Assembly: GCA_964016885.1 (NCBI GenBank)
Contig: OZ024744.1
Location: 34,658,001-34,722,000 of the forward strand
Direction of reading: 5' to 3'
Length of the DNA stretch: 64,000 bases
Source: Eledone cirrhosa
Taxonomy: Eukaryota
Shown: positions 27,278 to 39,508 of the stretch, one piece after another
How positions within the stretch are numbered: the stretch's first letter is position 1
Layout of the letters: each line of letters begins with the position of its first letter
Notes under the pieces: model-generated
Seen by the model: the letters and a program-made list of their open reading frames with translations, nothing else
Told to the model about the DNA's origin: nothing
Databases searched by the model: none
Made by a program: the position numbers and the translations under genes

Positions 27278-28335
27278 ATCTGAAGAAGTTAATCAGGGCT
27301 TCTCCAAAGAGGAACGTATTCGTCTTCAAACCTGTCAAGCGTGTCCACCATACAACCTCTTTCACCACAGGACATATAAAAACGGACTGCCGTTCTTGAG
27401 TAAAAGAAGGCGGCGGGACAATCTTCACAATGGACTCGGTTGATAACCGAATTTGTCCTAGACGCGACAGCAGGTGTTCAACATAAACCCACAAGTGCTC
27501 GGACACTGGATGATTGGATGCAGGACGGTTTCGTCGCCCAGCGCATCTCGGACAAGCCCGATTGACGGCACTTCCATGCCTGTAAGGTTTATGTCGCACT
27601 TTCAAAGCTCCTTGGTAACACTGCCAGGCCAGGGATTTCTGGAAATTGTCCATGGGCCATGGACCGAAACTCCTTCCGAAAAGAGTGGCTAGTTGATTTT
27701 CGTCGATGTCTAGAGTTTCCATAAGAACGTCGTCGCTTTTATCTGCCACTAACTTTCTATAGAAAACCAAGGTAGTGTTTCCACCGATCATATTGCCCGA
27801 TTATTGAAGGGCTGTAAGCGTCTAGAGACATTCCAGTTTCCAAGCGCTCTCCCTCGATCTCCGCTTGACCCAGGACTGTAGCTCCGTCAAGGAGACAAGC
27901 TGGGGAGGGCATACATTTGGTGAACGCCGACCACACCTGTTACCGTTAAGGAAAAGATAGAGATATCGTAGCCTCAGCGTATGACTGCGCATCATTAGCC
28001 ACGGCAATCCCAGTCCTCCACGCAGAGGCTGTTGACAACAGATGGACCGCCTGACCATCGGAAGAGAAAACGCTCCAGTGCAGTCAGACGTGGTTTGGAA
28101 CAAGGCACGATGGCCAAGCGGTAGTAGATGACGGACGCGATGAATGTGTTTGCCACCTCTGCCCTACCTTTTAAGGACGGCTTTCTCTCTGCCCATTTCT
28201 GGGTGAGATTGCCCACTCTGTTTGTCACCTTATCCCAATTTCTGTCCATCTGGAGGTCAGGACCGAACCATACCTCGAGAAATGTAACCGGCTCGTCCGT
28301 ATAGCGTCCGACGATACTGTTAGACGGCATGGACC
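27278..28335 (-). mobile_element. decayed Tx1 ORF2 fragment
   Basis: VWFGPDLQM, MDNFQKSLAWQCY, CPRC. Confidence 0.85.
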
Positions 28336-28864
28336 TGCTTGAATTTGTAGAGTGAGTCTTCAATGAGGTTAATGCAAGTTTAACAATTAGGGTGACCACA
28401 ATTTTTGACTGTTGGTGTCTTCTTCTTCTTTCTTTTTTAATCACCTCAGGCGCCTGAGGATCGTCCTCAGAAGCGCTAGATATGCGACTGGGAGACGGAC
28501 TAATTCCTCTAAGGATGTGCCGAGTTGGTGATGGTATCTCTTGATCTCCAATGCAGGGCATCGTAGCCAGAGGTGTTCAGACGACTCCTCCTCTTCACCG
28601 CAGAGGACATGTAGATCAAAAGACGGGGGTGTTGCCTGAACGAATTTTTGCATTGCAGATTTGACATCGGCGAATGGAGATCGCTGCAGGACGGATGGTA
28701 GGCACGACATTATTCCCCCGACGGAAGCCACACACGAAGCCTTGAGGACTCTTTTTCTGTATTAGAGTCAGACCGCTGCAGACCCTGTAGAAGATACGTC
28801 GGCAAGTCGAGTAGGAAATGGGCACGAAGTATTGTCGGATCGTCCTGGAACATCCCATGCAGGA

Positions 28865-28906
28865 TGGGCTAGGGTTCGACTCGACATCACCCGCCATGAG
28901 AAGTAA
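28865..28906 (-). other. 2A-like (StopGo) peptide coding motif, NPGP altered to NPSP
   Basis: LLLMAGDVESNPSP; Ser codon AGC is one substitution from Gly GGC. Confidence 0.8.
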
Positions 28907-29007
28907 CTTCCGGATATGTAGGGCGGGTTTGCAGCTCCGGCTGTCGAGAAAAAAAAAAAAGAAAAACCCACGTGGCTCCCACGTCGCATCTCTGGGTGTA
29001 TACAGAT

Positions 29008-29104
29008 CCGAATTTGACGGATATCCTTTCGGGCATCCGACCGAGCACACCGAACGTCCACGAAGGCCGCCACATGAGTAGGTTCCGGGTTCCGGTTTGT
29101 GCTC
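29008..29104 (-). ncRNA. HDV-like ribozyme candidate
   Basis: P1 GAGCAC/GUGCUC, P2 CCGGA/UUCGG, P3 ACC/GGU, GG after P1', P4 CGGAUG-CCC-GAAA-GGA-UAUCCG, J4/2 U-CAAA; L3 is 29 nt. Confidence 0.6.
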
Positions 29105-30299
29105 TGTCACCACAGGTGTTATTGTCAATACTGTCGCCGCTGTTGCTACTTCTATTGTTGTTAAATGCATCAACATCATCCACTTCTCGACCGCTGCTTG
29201 ATGACGAAGAGAACGAAATGGTCTTCGCCTGACATTTACTGTGTGACGATGACGAAAAGGAAAAGGAAAAGGACGAAAAGGAAAGCGAGACTCGTCGCTG
29301 ACAGCTGGATTATTATTGTGGAGGTATACACGTCGCAGGAATTTTGGTTCCCGTAAGTTTGCGATTTTTGTACAGAACAATTGCGAACGTATTTTTAAAA
29401 AAATTATATTGTTTGGTTTCTCTTGAAGTGGTCGAAATTAATTGTCATTTAGCCTTCCTCGGCGAAATTCCAATTTGAACTTAGCATTTAGCAAATATGC
29501 CCCCCCCCCCCCCAAGAAAAATGGCGTAATTCAAAAAACCCATCTCTCTGCCATGTATACACTGCTGTTGCTGTCGTCGTCGCTGCCGGTGATGTTGTGT
29601 CATGTTGTTGCTGTTGTTGCTAACAAAACACTAATTCACTGATTCCCAATCGAGAAAGTAGTCATAATGCAGGTTTTCTTTCAAAGTCCACTAGTTGTGC
29701 TGCTGGTACGGTTGTGTTTCTGTTGTTATCTTGAATTGCTGACTGTCAAAAATGTTTGTCTCACTCTTCGAAGCGACTATAACAACAACGAGTACAGGGG
29801 TTGCCGGATAATATCCTTAGGAAGACATAGGGATAACTATCGTCTGAAAACGAGTACGGATGAGGGAGCCTGGAATGCTGTTGCTGCCGTTGCTGCTGTT
29901 GCACGTAAATGCAGCCGTTGCTCTCTTCACCTGTTTCATTGTTGCTGTTGTTGCTGTCGTTGTTCAGGTTCTTAGTGGTGATGCGGCTAATTTCATTTTT
30001 GCATGTTGTGTTTGTGTGTCCATAATTGTGCTAGAGTCCCTCCTCTCACCTTTAAAGTCGCTATCCTGAGACGGCAGACTTAATATTTAGGGGTGTCTCG
30101 TCCATGTTTATTTTTTTATTTTTAATGAGAAAAATATATAATGTTCAAATATTATAACGTCTCCCCTCCACAGGACAAAGACACTCGTCTTGCGAACTTT
30201 TCCAAATCAATATAACAATTAATACAGATGGAAAAAAAGGAAAATATACCACTTTGCGGAGCTCAAATAAACACGTCTTCCTGTTGGTGTTGTGTTTGT

Positions 30300-30850
30300 G
30301 GTGGATAATTTGGCGCTAATAAGTAGTTTTTAAGCGATTTTGGTTGCATTTTGCATCTGATTATTTAATGTGATTCGAGTGTCATTTTCGTTCTTGGGTC
30401 TTGTCTCAATGTTCTTGTGGATAATGTTGAATGCCTTCGCATTTCTTGGGGTGAATGTTGAGATACAGGCTAGAGCATTGAATGCTTCTGAAGTTGTTTT
30501 TGTTCTTTGTAAATGTTGAATGTCTATAGATTTGGCACGTTCTATTCCGTTGTCTATTGATAATAATGGATACTGTCTTTCGAGTAGAATTTCTTTTAGT
30601 TCTTGGAATCTTTAATTCAAAATTTAATGATTTGAAACAATTGTACAGATTTCTCTTGCTATATTAAATATCGTGTGTTATAGATGACTTGAGCTGAATA
30701 GTAAGCATTGTTTAGAATCAGTTTGTTTGTGGTGAACGTCAGTTTCAATATTTGTGTCTTTTTTGTGATTATAATTCTAAGAATGGAAGTTGATTTTGAA
30801 TATATTTCATTGTGAATTTGATACTATTATTGATGCTGTTAATTGGGGTC
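30300..30850 (-). pseudogene. decayed PLE RT C-terminal fragment
   Basis: hand translation ..KQTDSKQCLLFSSSH..AREICTIVSN.. parallels KPTDSHSYLDFTSSHP..RRLCS of the PLE at 7690-7800. Confidence 0.65.
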
Positions 30851-31659
30851 TTGGATCCATTGAGTTGATTGAGTAAAGATATACGGTATGTTTAATAAAT
30901 AAAAAAATTTGAAAGCCTAGCTATGAATATTGAAAGGCCGACGGCTAGCGCCGTCAAGCGGATTCTAGCATAAGCAGTGGAGGACGCTTGTCTATGCGCA
31001 TTTCTGGCTCTGGTTATCATTAGAACAGTGTTTCCCCTGATCTCTGCTGGAACTTGAAACAGGTGAAAATATATACAAGAAACAGAACACTAAAGGCAGT
31101 ATGGTTCAATTGAGGGAGGTATGTTAATTGACAATACAATACTCTCATAAACTTAATATGGCTTTGTATTTAAAATATTTACTTCATAGATATGTGGTCT
31201 CGGGTTTCGATCCCAATATGTGGTATCTAGGGCAAGCGTCTTCAAAGCGTTTGTGAATGAGATTTAGTTGATGGAAATTGTACGGAAACAGATTGGAATG
31301 TCCATTACTCTTCCTGGTGGTAGAATTAATTTACCACTTAGTTTAATATCACTACTCGGTCGTTGAGTAATTTTAGTGAAATCCACTCTGCTACAAGCAT
31401 TCAAAACAGCTTTCTTGACTAAGAATAACGTCTTCGCTTCCATCCACCAATCCCAGAGGCTTTGTGAAGAGTTATGGATGTTAACCTTCATCCTTTGTCT
31501 GAATCGACAAAAGAAAATATATGTTCATTAACATAGATTCTATATCTGAGTTTCTATTGAATGAACTTTTATTTTGACATATCTTTTCATCAATGGGAAA
31601 TATATCACATCTATACACAGAAGATTATGACTTCGATAGATTACAAGTACTCCTAATAA

Positions 31660-31875
31660 TGGTTTCTGATTTAGGTACGAGGCCAGCAATTTGGGGGTAG
31701 GGAGAAGTCGATTAAATCGACCCCAGTGCATGACTGGTACTTTATTTTATCGACCTCGTTAAGATAAAAGGAAAAGCTAACCTCAGCGGGATTTGAACTC
31801 AGAACGTAAAGAGCCATAATTATATGCCGCAAAGCATGGTGTCAGACGTTCTACCGACTCTACCAATCCACTGAC
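31660..31875 (-). mobile_element. tRNA-derived SINE (a second SINE family has relics at ~13670-13770, ~31180-31290, ~33930-34070, ~37880-38120)
   Basis: shared core and B box. Confidence 0.75.
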
Positions 31876-32275
31876 CTACTGGTAATACATTGGTCCGGCA
31901 AACCAAAGATGTCGATTCGTGTCCTATGAACGTCATCACGCATTCTTTTTTCCATTCAGAGGGTTTTTTTAATCCCAACTAAGACTAATTCCATTTAGTC
32001 AAATACGGCGTAAGCACATGTTTCTACCTAATTAAATATTAAAATTTAGCATAATTTAGAAAAATAATCTTTTTCCTAAGCCAACAATCATAGCTGGTAC
32101 CTATGTATTTAGTTCATTAGGCTAACTTTATAATGTGTACCCCATTCTCCCAAATAAAATAATTTCGACTTACATTTTAATAAGCTGACGGACCTAGTTT
32201 TGATACTTCTTGTTCTGACAATACTACGAAAATTATTTAGCCAGAATTTTCCACTGCAGAGTTCATACTCTGTTA

Positions 32276-32951
32276 TCTATATATATAAAAGCAAGTCGGT
32301 CTCTGTGTGTGTGTGTCTGTCTGTGTACAAATACTAGGCTCATTTTAACTTTTGAAGTAGTAGGCCGATTTCAACAAAATTTGGCACGCATGTTGCTTAT
32401 ATGCCAGAGCAGGTTTTGGACAAAAACAAATTTGAAAAGATCGATATTGGGGCCGAAAAATCGATTTTGTGTGTGTATCTATCTGTGTACAAATACTAGG
32501 CTCCTTTTAACTTTTGAAGTACTAGGCCGATTTGGCACGTGCTATTGAGGCGACCTCTCATTGGCTAGCCAATTAGCTGACATAAGCTGACATGCACTCA
32601 GAAATTACTAGCTAAGCCATAAACGACCTTGAACAATTCGCCCGATTGAAGGTCGCGATTTCTAATTGGACTAGGCAACTAACATTAGTCAACATGACTG
32701 AACATATCCCGTGCATATTCCTGTGAGAAATACGTTTGATAGCACAACGTTACTCACGTCAATTAACTCAAGCTACCCTATAAATTGTTTTTATGATGCC
32801 GTTTATTTCACTCAATCATGTCACTGTACACCTTGTTTGTTAAACTTTTTTTTACAATTACATTTCAATTCTTTGCTCAACCTTTGGCTCTCTTTATACC
32901 GACAAACAGGCTGTCATTAATTTCCCGAGCAACGCCGGGTACATCTTCTAA
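32276..32951 (+). mobile_element. non-autonomous Helitron
   Basis: 5' TCTATATATATAAAA + (GT)/(GTCT) repeat, internal duplication, 3' hairpin CCCGAGCAACGCCGGG then CTAA; lies between A and T. Confidence 0.75.
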
Positions 32952-33389
32952 TGTTATATAAAGATTACCGTACACAGAAGCCATTTAAACTAAAAGGTTT
33001 GCGATGATGACCTGTTAAGCAATATAAGATTAAATATAAAAGCTCATGAAAGCATAGACAATTTGTTTCGGAATTTCTCTCTTTATTTAATCTACGAACT
33101 AGTCAAACACATCATCTCCTGATATACAGTTACGGCAAACATAAATGTCAAAACTTTCTGTATCGCTTTAGTTATAAAGCATTGCTTGGTTATGTGCACA
33201 CAGTATTGTGTGTAATTTAATGCCTATGTTAGAAAGAGATATTCTATTAATTCATAATGTATGACTTCTGAAAGATCTTCTGTTTGGGAACAGAAACGCA
33301 TAAATATAGTGCCCAAAGATTTCACTTCATGGACGCTTTGATCTTTTTCTATTTTATCATACTTCTTAACTCCAAAAATTAGTTGAGTA

Positions 33390-33520
33390 ACGACTAAACT
33401 GGCAACCCCACCAAGTTTACTTGGTGAGGAGAGTGATTTTGGACACACTGCAAGACAAAAAACATAACCTGACAAAGGGTGGAAGAACTCATAAGAGTTT
33501 TTGGCCATCTAAAAAAAAAT
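33390..33520 (+). mobile_element. decayed LINE (RTE-like) 5'UTR fragment
   Basis: GACTAAACTGGCAACCCCACCAAG.. matches the reverse complement of 60700-60805. Confidence 0.6.
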
Positions 33521-34705
33521 ATCCTGCCAAATCAATGGGTAGCAGTAGTTCCAGCTGCACGCATCGAAATACTGGTGTAGTGGTTCTGAGAACAATGCAG
33601 CTTTGCAGATGATCAATGTAAATTGACAATGGAAAGGCGCTCCCACTCGAGTTAGAAGAGAACTAATGACCTTCAGGAGAAGCAGCGACCCCTGATTGTA
33701 TTCAGCAACCGAAACAAATATGAAGTACACCAAATCCAATGCTCCTAGGGGTGGCCCTGGTTCTTCTTACTTGCGAGTGTAAACTCGGCCAGATTAGATT
33801 AGATGACTGCAAAACCTTCAGTAAATGCACAACAGAAAGAACCTCAGCACCCTTGGGAAACTACTTTAACAACTGAGATTAGGCAGATTCTGTGACACTA
33901 AAACATAACGTTACTTACATCAGAATAAGGCATATGGTTCTACAATAGCCATGGCTTCATGTTCGATCCCAGAGTTCGGCACCTTGTACAAGTGTCTTTT
34001 TTTACCATTGCATCATCGAATTGGCGGAAGGCTTGTGGGTGAAATGTGCTAACTGTGTAGAAGCCTATTTAAGAGACTGTTCTTGGCTGGTATAATCTGT
34101 CGCCCGGTTTAAAATCCCGTTATCTATCCCTTCTCCTTTAGCAGAATCCACTCTGTTGTAAATATTCGGAAGCCGTCTTCTCTAAGGATAATTCCTTCCC
34201 TTCTACCAGTCATGCAGGCCCCTGAAATGAGTCACGGGTGGTGCCCTTTTTTCTCCAATTGAACCATTAAAAAGAAATGTATAATTGTATCAGTTAAAGA
34301 ATGTTTCCAGCATTCTCTTTCCCTTACAACATGGCACCAAGAGTGTAATAAGAGTTAGATGTTACTTTTCTCATATTAATGAGGAAGGGATAGAGTGTGG
34401 GTACCATTGTACTTGTACTAGTATGCCATTGTACAACGTCTAATTATTTAAAACTCAATACTCAACCCAACACTATTTTTAAATCGTTATTTTCACTTAC
34501 AATAGAGCACGAAATGTCTTGGATGCGTATTTCCTTCGTTTTTCCCTTGTTCATTGTCATTGCATTGAGCTCCGTTTATTATTTACTATATTAAGATCTG
34601 GTCTCTTTGTTTCCAAGGTAGCATAGTCTGCAGACAGATCTTAGAGACAGACCTCAAGTTATACCTTTGATGTAGCCAGTTGGAGATAGTTCCTTTCAAT
34701 AATTA

Positions 34706-36775
34706 CTAGCAGAATGGCCCGGAATACCTCGGCCTGGGGATGGTGTCTACATTTTGTGCTTATAAAAAAATTCGTCATAGATTACCAGGGGTTTAACTTA
34801 ATTGGGTGCCTGAGAGTAAAATGTTCAACCCACGAAAGCCAAGACGATAGGGTTAAGTAAAAAGGAATCCCACAAACCGAACATGTATTTGTTGTGCTAT
34901 GGTACAATGAAAGCAATAGTTACAGAGCAGTAAGCATGTGGGAATTTAGTTGGATACTTTTAAGGTTACAGGCCCTAACGCAACCAAAATGCTAAACAAT
35001 GTGGTCCCTGGGCAAGAATTTGAAATCTTCTTCAGTCTACAATATTTGTGAAACATCAGTAATGCATATGCAAAGTTTTTAAAAAATCGGTTGGGTACTC
35101 CTCGAGTTACAGGCCCTAACGAAACCAAAATGCTTTTAAAAATCGGTTTTTCGCCTAATGCGGTCCCTAGGGCTAAATATGAGAAAATAGTTTTTGCTCA
35201 AAATACTTTAAACGACATAAGTAATGCAAATTCTGAATAAATTGCCTGAATTATTGTTCCGTTATGCCTCAAAAAAGCCTTTAAAGCCTAAAATATGCAG
35301 TTTTCGCCTAATGCGATCCCTAGGGCATTGAAATTTTGAAATATTCTTTGCTCAAAACACTCAGATGGTCATAAGTATTACATGTGTAAAGTTTGAAAAA
35401 GATCGGTTGGGTGGTTCTCGAGTTTTAGGGAGTCAAACAGACAGACATTCTCTGTTTTAAATATATACTAGCAGAATGGCCCGGCGTTGCTCGGGATTTG
35501 CTCTAGGGTTCTTATATATTTGATATATATTTATCCTTATCGAGCCTCATGAAATAAATTTGTTTATATTTTGTTATTTTGTATGCAAAAATATATGTCC
35601 ATGAATATATAATTATATATATATAAATATATTAAAATAACAGATTAAAGTTTAAGCAAAGAATCACTGCTTTCACCCTTAACGGGATCTTCTACCTAAA
35701 AGCAGTATCAAGTACACTAAGACTAACTGATGTAATCTTTGGCCTTGTTTGTTTATATTTTGTTTTTGTGTATGCAAAAATATCTGTACACGAATATCTA
35801 TATTAAAATAACATATTAATGTTTAAGCAAAGAATCGCTGCTTTCAACCTTAACGGGATCTTCTTAAACTAGAAAAATCAATCTGGAAAACATGAAGACG
35901 ATACTTTGGTTCGTGAAGACGTTCCCTGGCATAAGAATATATATACACATACACACTGATCGCGTCATAGTGACGTAATGCAGACAGTCAGGCTTACAGA
36001 CAGATATTATGAAGGCGCGACGTCATATCTATGTATCTATCTAAAAAGAGAGAGACTAACAGAAAGAGAAAGAGATCGCTAAATCGCCTAATGCGGTCCC
36101 TAGGGCATTGAAAATGTGAGACTTCCGGGGCCATACGGGTTACATGTGTAAAGTTTGAAAAAAAACGGTTGGGTACTTCTCGAGTTTTAGGGAAACAGAC
36201 ACACAGACAGACATCCTCTGTTTTATATATATAGACTAGCAGAAAACCACCCGGTGGGCGGTTTTCTGCTAGCAAATCTAGTGTATATACTGATATTGTT
36301 GAGATTTGGATGAGAAATGTTTTCGGCACCACATGTTCACCGTCTCTCGGTGTGTCTTTTATGCATGTATAAATATATATATTATCTATACGGTGAAATC
36401 TTTGAAATAAATATATGTTAAAACGAAAAAGGAGAAAAAGAGATTAGTGACGGAAATATAAACGTTATGATACATAAACGTTATGATATAACGATGGAAA
36501 TATATCTTCAAATGGTCCTTGGCATGGTGTCAAGTCAGAACCGCCTCGAACTGGTTACTTCTGGCTTGTGCAGGGTGTCTCTATAGCAACCAGCGATTCC
36601 CTGGGCCTCAGTGACCAAAGTCAGTGGAGAGGCGAAGGTAATGTTTCTATAGCGACAGTGTTTCTCTTGGTAGTACCAAAGTGGAGAAAGGAAGGGGAAG
36701 GTAATATTTCTGTAGCACCTACATTTGAGTTTTAGGGAAGGACAGACAGACAGACAAACAGAATGCCCATATATT
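34706..36775 (-). mobile_element. head-to-tail array of three non-autonomous Helitrons (34706-35467, 35468-36235, 36236-~36775)
   Basis: each unit ends hairpin + TTCTGCTAG and starts with a TA-rich/(GTCT)n head; junction CTAG|TCTATATATA at 36235/36236. Confidence 0.75.
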
Positions 36776-36830
36776 TCTGTGTGTGTATATATATATATAT
36801 ATTACACACACAGAAATGTATATATATTTC

Positions 36831-36891
<61 letters not shown>

Positions 36892-37068
36892 CACACACAG
36901 AAATGTATATATATATTTCTGTGTGTATATATATATATATTACACACACAGAAATGTATATGTATTTCTGTGTGTATATATATATATATTACACACACAG
37001 AAATGTATATATATTTCTCTGTGTGTATATATATATATATTACACACACAGAAATGTATATATATTTC
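36775..37068. repeat. tandem array of ~48-bp self-complementary units
   Basis: unit TATTACACACACAGAAATGTATATATATTTCTGTGTGTATATATA, about 5 copies. Confidence 0.85.
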
Positions 37069-37187
37069 TTAGAACAAAATTATTATTAATGTTTTGCTGT
37101 TCATAACAATTGGAATTGAAAAATTACTTTTGAAATTATTAGTTATTTTACTAATGCTTGGATATGTAAAAATGAAGCAATGTTTCT

Positions 37188-37381
37188 AATAATTGTTTCT
37201 ACTTTTGGCACAAGGCCAGCAAATACCCAGTACATTACTGGTACTTTATTTTATCGACCCCGTGAGGATGAAAGGCAAAGTTAACCTCGGCGGTATTTGA
37301 ACTCAGACCGTAAAGGGACGTAACTCCATGCTATGAAGCATGGTGTCCGACTCTCTACAGATTCTGCCAATCCACCGCCCT
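37188..37381 (-). mobile_element. tRNA-derived SINE, full length
   Basis: 5' GGGCGGTGGATTGGCAG, B box GAGTTCAAATACC, 3' GTAGAAACAATTATT. Confidence 0.9.
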
Positions 37382-38386
37382 AATGTCTGTACGCAATGAG
37401 GGAGTGAGAGAGGAGAGAAAGAAAGGCAGAGGTGAAGTGACGAAGTGACTCTCTCCTCCTCCTCCTCCTCCATCTCCCCATTCGTCACAGCGATAGAGGG
37501 GAGGAATGTTAGTGTGTTACAAAGAGAAAGAGTGAGAGTGAGAGAAACAGACAGACTAAAAGAGAGGGATAGCTGGAGAGAGAGAGAGATGGCAACCACG
37601 CGCGCACGTGTTTCCACTGTCGGACAGACAGACAGAGAAATTGCTTGTTATATATTATAAGGAGATTAATCATTGGTTATTTTTCTTGTTATATTTAATG
37701 TTTATGTTGTCGCTGTTGTATTTGCATCTGATGCTGCTGCTGTTGTTGTTGTTGTTGTGTGTGTGTATGACGTTTCTCATCGATTTCGACAATGAATTTT
37801 CTAGTTGTTTGGTCAATGGAACAACCTGGAACATGAAATTAACGTGCAAGTGGCTGAGCATTCACCAGACACATATTTCCTTAGTGTAATTATGAGGGAA
37901 ATTCAGCGTGACTCAGTGTGTGATAAAGCTGATCCTTTTAAATTAGATGTCATCAGATGTCCGCCTAAGTAATTTTCATCTACGCCGTTTCACTCACAAG
38001 GCATGGGTCAACCCAGGGATATGATAAATGACACTTGACCAAGATGTGACACGGTGGGATCGAACCTCAGATTTAATGATTGTAAAGCGACCTGCTTAAC
38101 CATTCTGCTACGTTGCGTCTACAGTTTAACTACAACCAGAGCTCTACCGTTTCTACAAACAGTATTTTCAGTATTACATCCTTCTTGCTGGTGATGATGT
38201 AGCTAATTCGTAAGTTCTTAATTAAATAACTAGTTTCACTACAACTCCGGAGGCAACTAATCGGCGTGACATTTGAACGCATAACACATTGGAGAAGTTG
38301 AATATCACACATGCAAATGGAGAGAATTCTCGTCAGAATACTTTCAGTATTCTATTGCATACAGCTAAATGAATATTATATATGTA

Positions 38387-38446
<60 letters not shown>

Positions 38447-38455
38447 TTGGACTGT

Positions 38456-38557
38456 ACCTCTTGATAAGTTCAGCTAGATTCCCGCCGTCCTAATACTGCT
38501 GGCTTAGTTCGGATTCGGATCTAGCTGTCGACACGGCCGGAGCTCACCCGTCGGGGT
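38456..38557 (+). ncRNA. non-canonical hammerhead candidate (U3-A8, GACA in place of GAAA, long stem II)
   Basis: ACCUC-UUGAUAA-G..CAGCUAGAU/AUCUAGCUG..C-GAC-ACGG..CCGU-C-GGGGU. Confidence 0.7.
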
Positions 38558-38603
38558 CCTGACTCTTTCCCTACACATATATATATATATATATATAGTT
38601 TTT

Positions 38604-38949
38604 AAGGAAAAGAATGACTTCACTTGTAGTTCTAAATAATTTGATTTAATTTTATATTTTAATAATTGTTTCTACTTTAGGCACAAGGCCAGCAATTATC
38701 CAGTACATTACTGGTACTTTATTTTATCGACCCCGTAAGGATGAAAGGCAAAGTTAACCTCGGCGGGATTTGAACTCACAATGGCAAGGGCCGTAACTCT
38801 ATGCGTCAAAGCATGGCGTCCGATCCACTACCGATACTGCCAATCCACATGAGTTGGTAGATCTAGTAGATCTACCAACTCATGTTATTATAATGTTATA
38901 AAATTAAATCAAATTATTTAGAACTTCAAGTGAAGTCATTCTTTTCCTT
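38604..38949. repeat. palindrome (centre ~38866) with a SINE (38661-38846, minus) in its left arm
   Basis: 38604-38655 is the reverse complement of 38897-38949; central hairpin 38847-38885. Confidence 0.85.
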
Positions 38950-38994
38950 TTTTTCAAATATACCTAACTGTACCACGGACCTCACACATTTTCC

Positions 38995-39143
<149 letters not shown>

Positions 39144-39508
39144 CAACATTGACATAAAGAGGTACTTAAGTTTCGTTGTAAGTAATAATAATATTATGAA
39201 GACTAAACTCCGAAGGGGCCTAGATAGATAGATAGATAGATATGTTTCTTTTATTTGCCAAAATCAGGGCATCAAAAGTGGGACAAGTACAATGGGGGAG
39301 TTTACAAAACAAGGCGTCCTCAATAAGGAGGAGGCAATAACAATATATAAAAATAAAATAAAATATAACAAAAAATAAAATTTATAACAAAGTCCTCAAT
39401 AGAGAGGAGGCGCCTTGGGGGGTCGCACACACTCCCGAAAAAAGTGTGCAACCCTTCTCCTCAGGAGCACAGAGAAGGGGTGCTCCCTTGGTCTTTCATC
39501 TTCCTCAT

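Larger units (their letters stand above)
28419..29104 (-). mobile_element. internally deleted Ingi-like LINE derivative (~690 bp)
   Basis: 5' HDV-like fold, 2A-like LLLMAGDVESNPSP, PHD-like Cys pattern, fused to C-terminal CGEEEESSEHLWLRCP..LRTILRRLR*, then A/(AAG)n tail. Confidence 0.7.

Noticed and set aside
36775-37068. CRISPR-like palindromic repeats
   Set aside because: Spacers are only (TA)n, no cas genes, eukaryotic context
37290-37381. tRNA genes at A/B-box motifs
   Set aside because: Heads of a dispersed SINE; no complete cloverleaf
38172-38209. Possible micro-exon (TTTTCAG..GTAAGT)
   Set aside because: Splice-like signals only; no homology or partner exons; needs RNA-seq
38482-38503. 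Twister-like CCUAAUACUGC
   Set aside because: Remaining twister elements absent; lies within stem II of the hammerhead candidate
39163-39174. GAAACTTAAGTA hammerhead 3' half (minus)
   Set aside because: 5' core missing; counted only as a remnant
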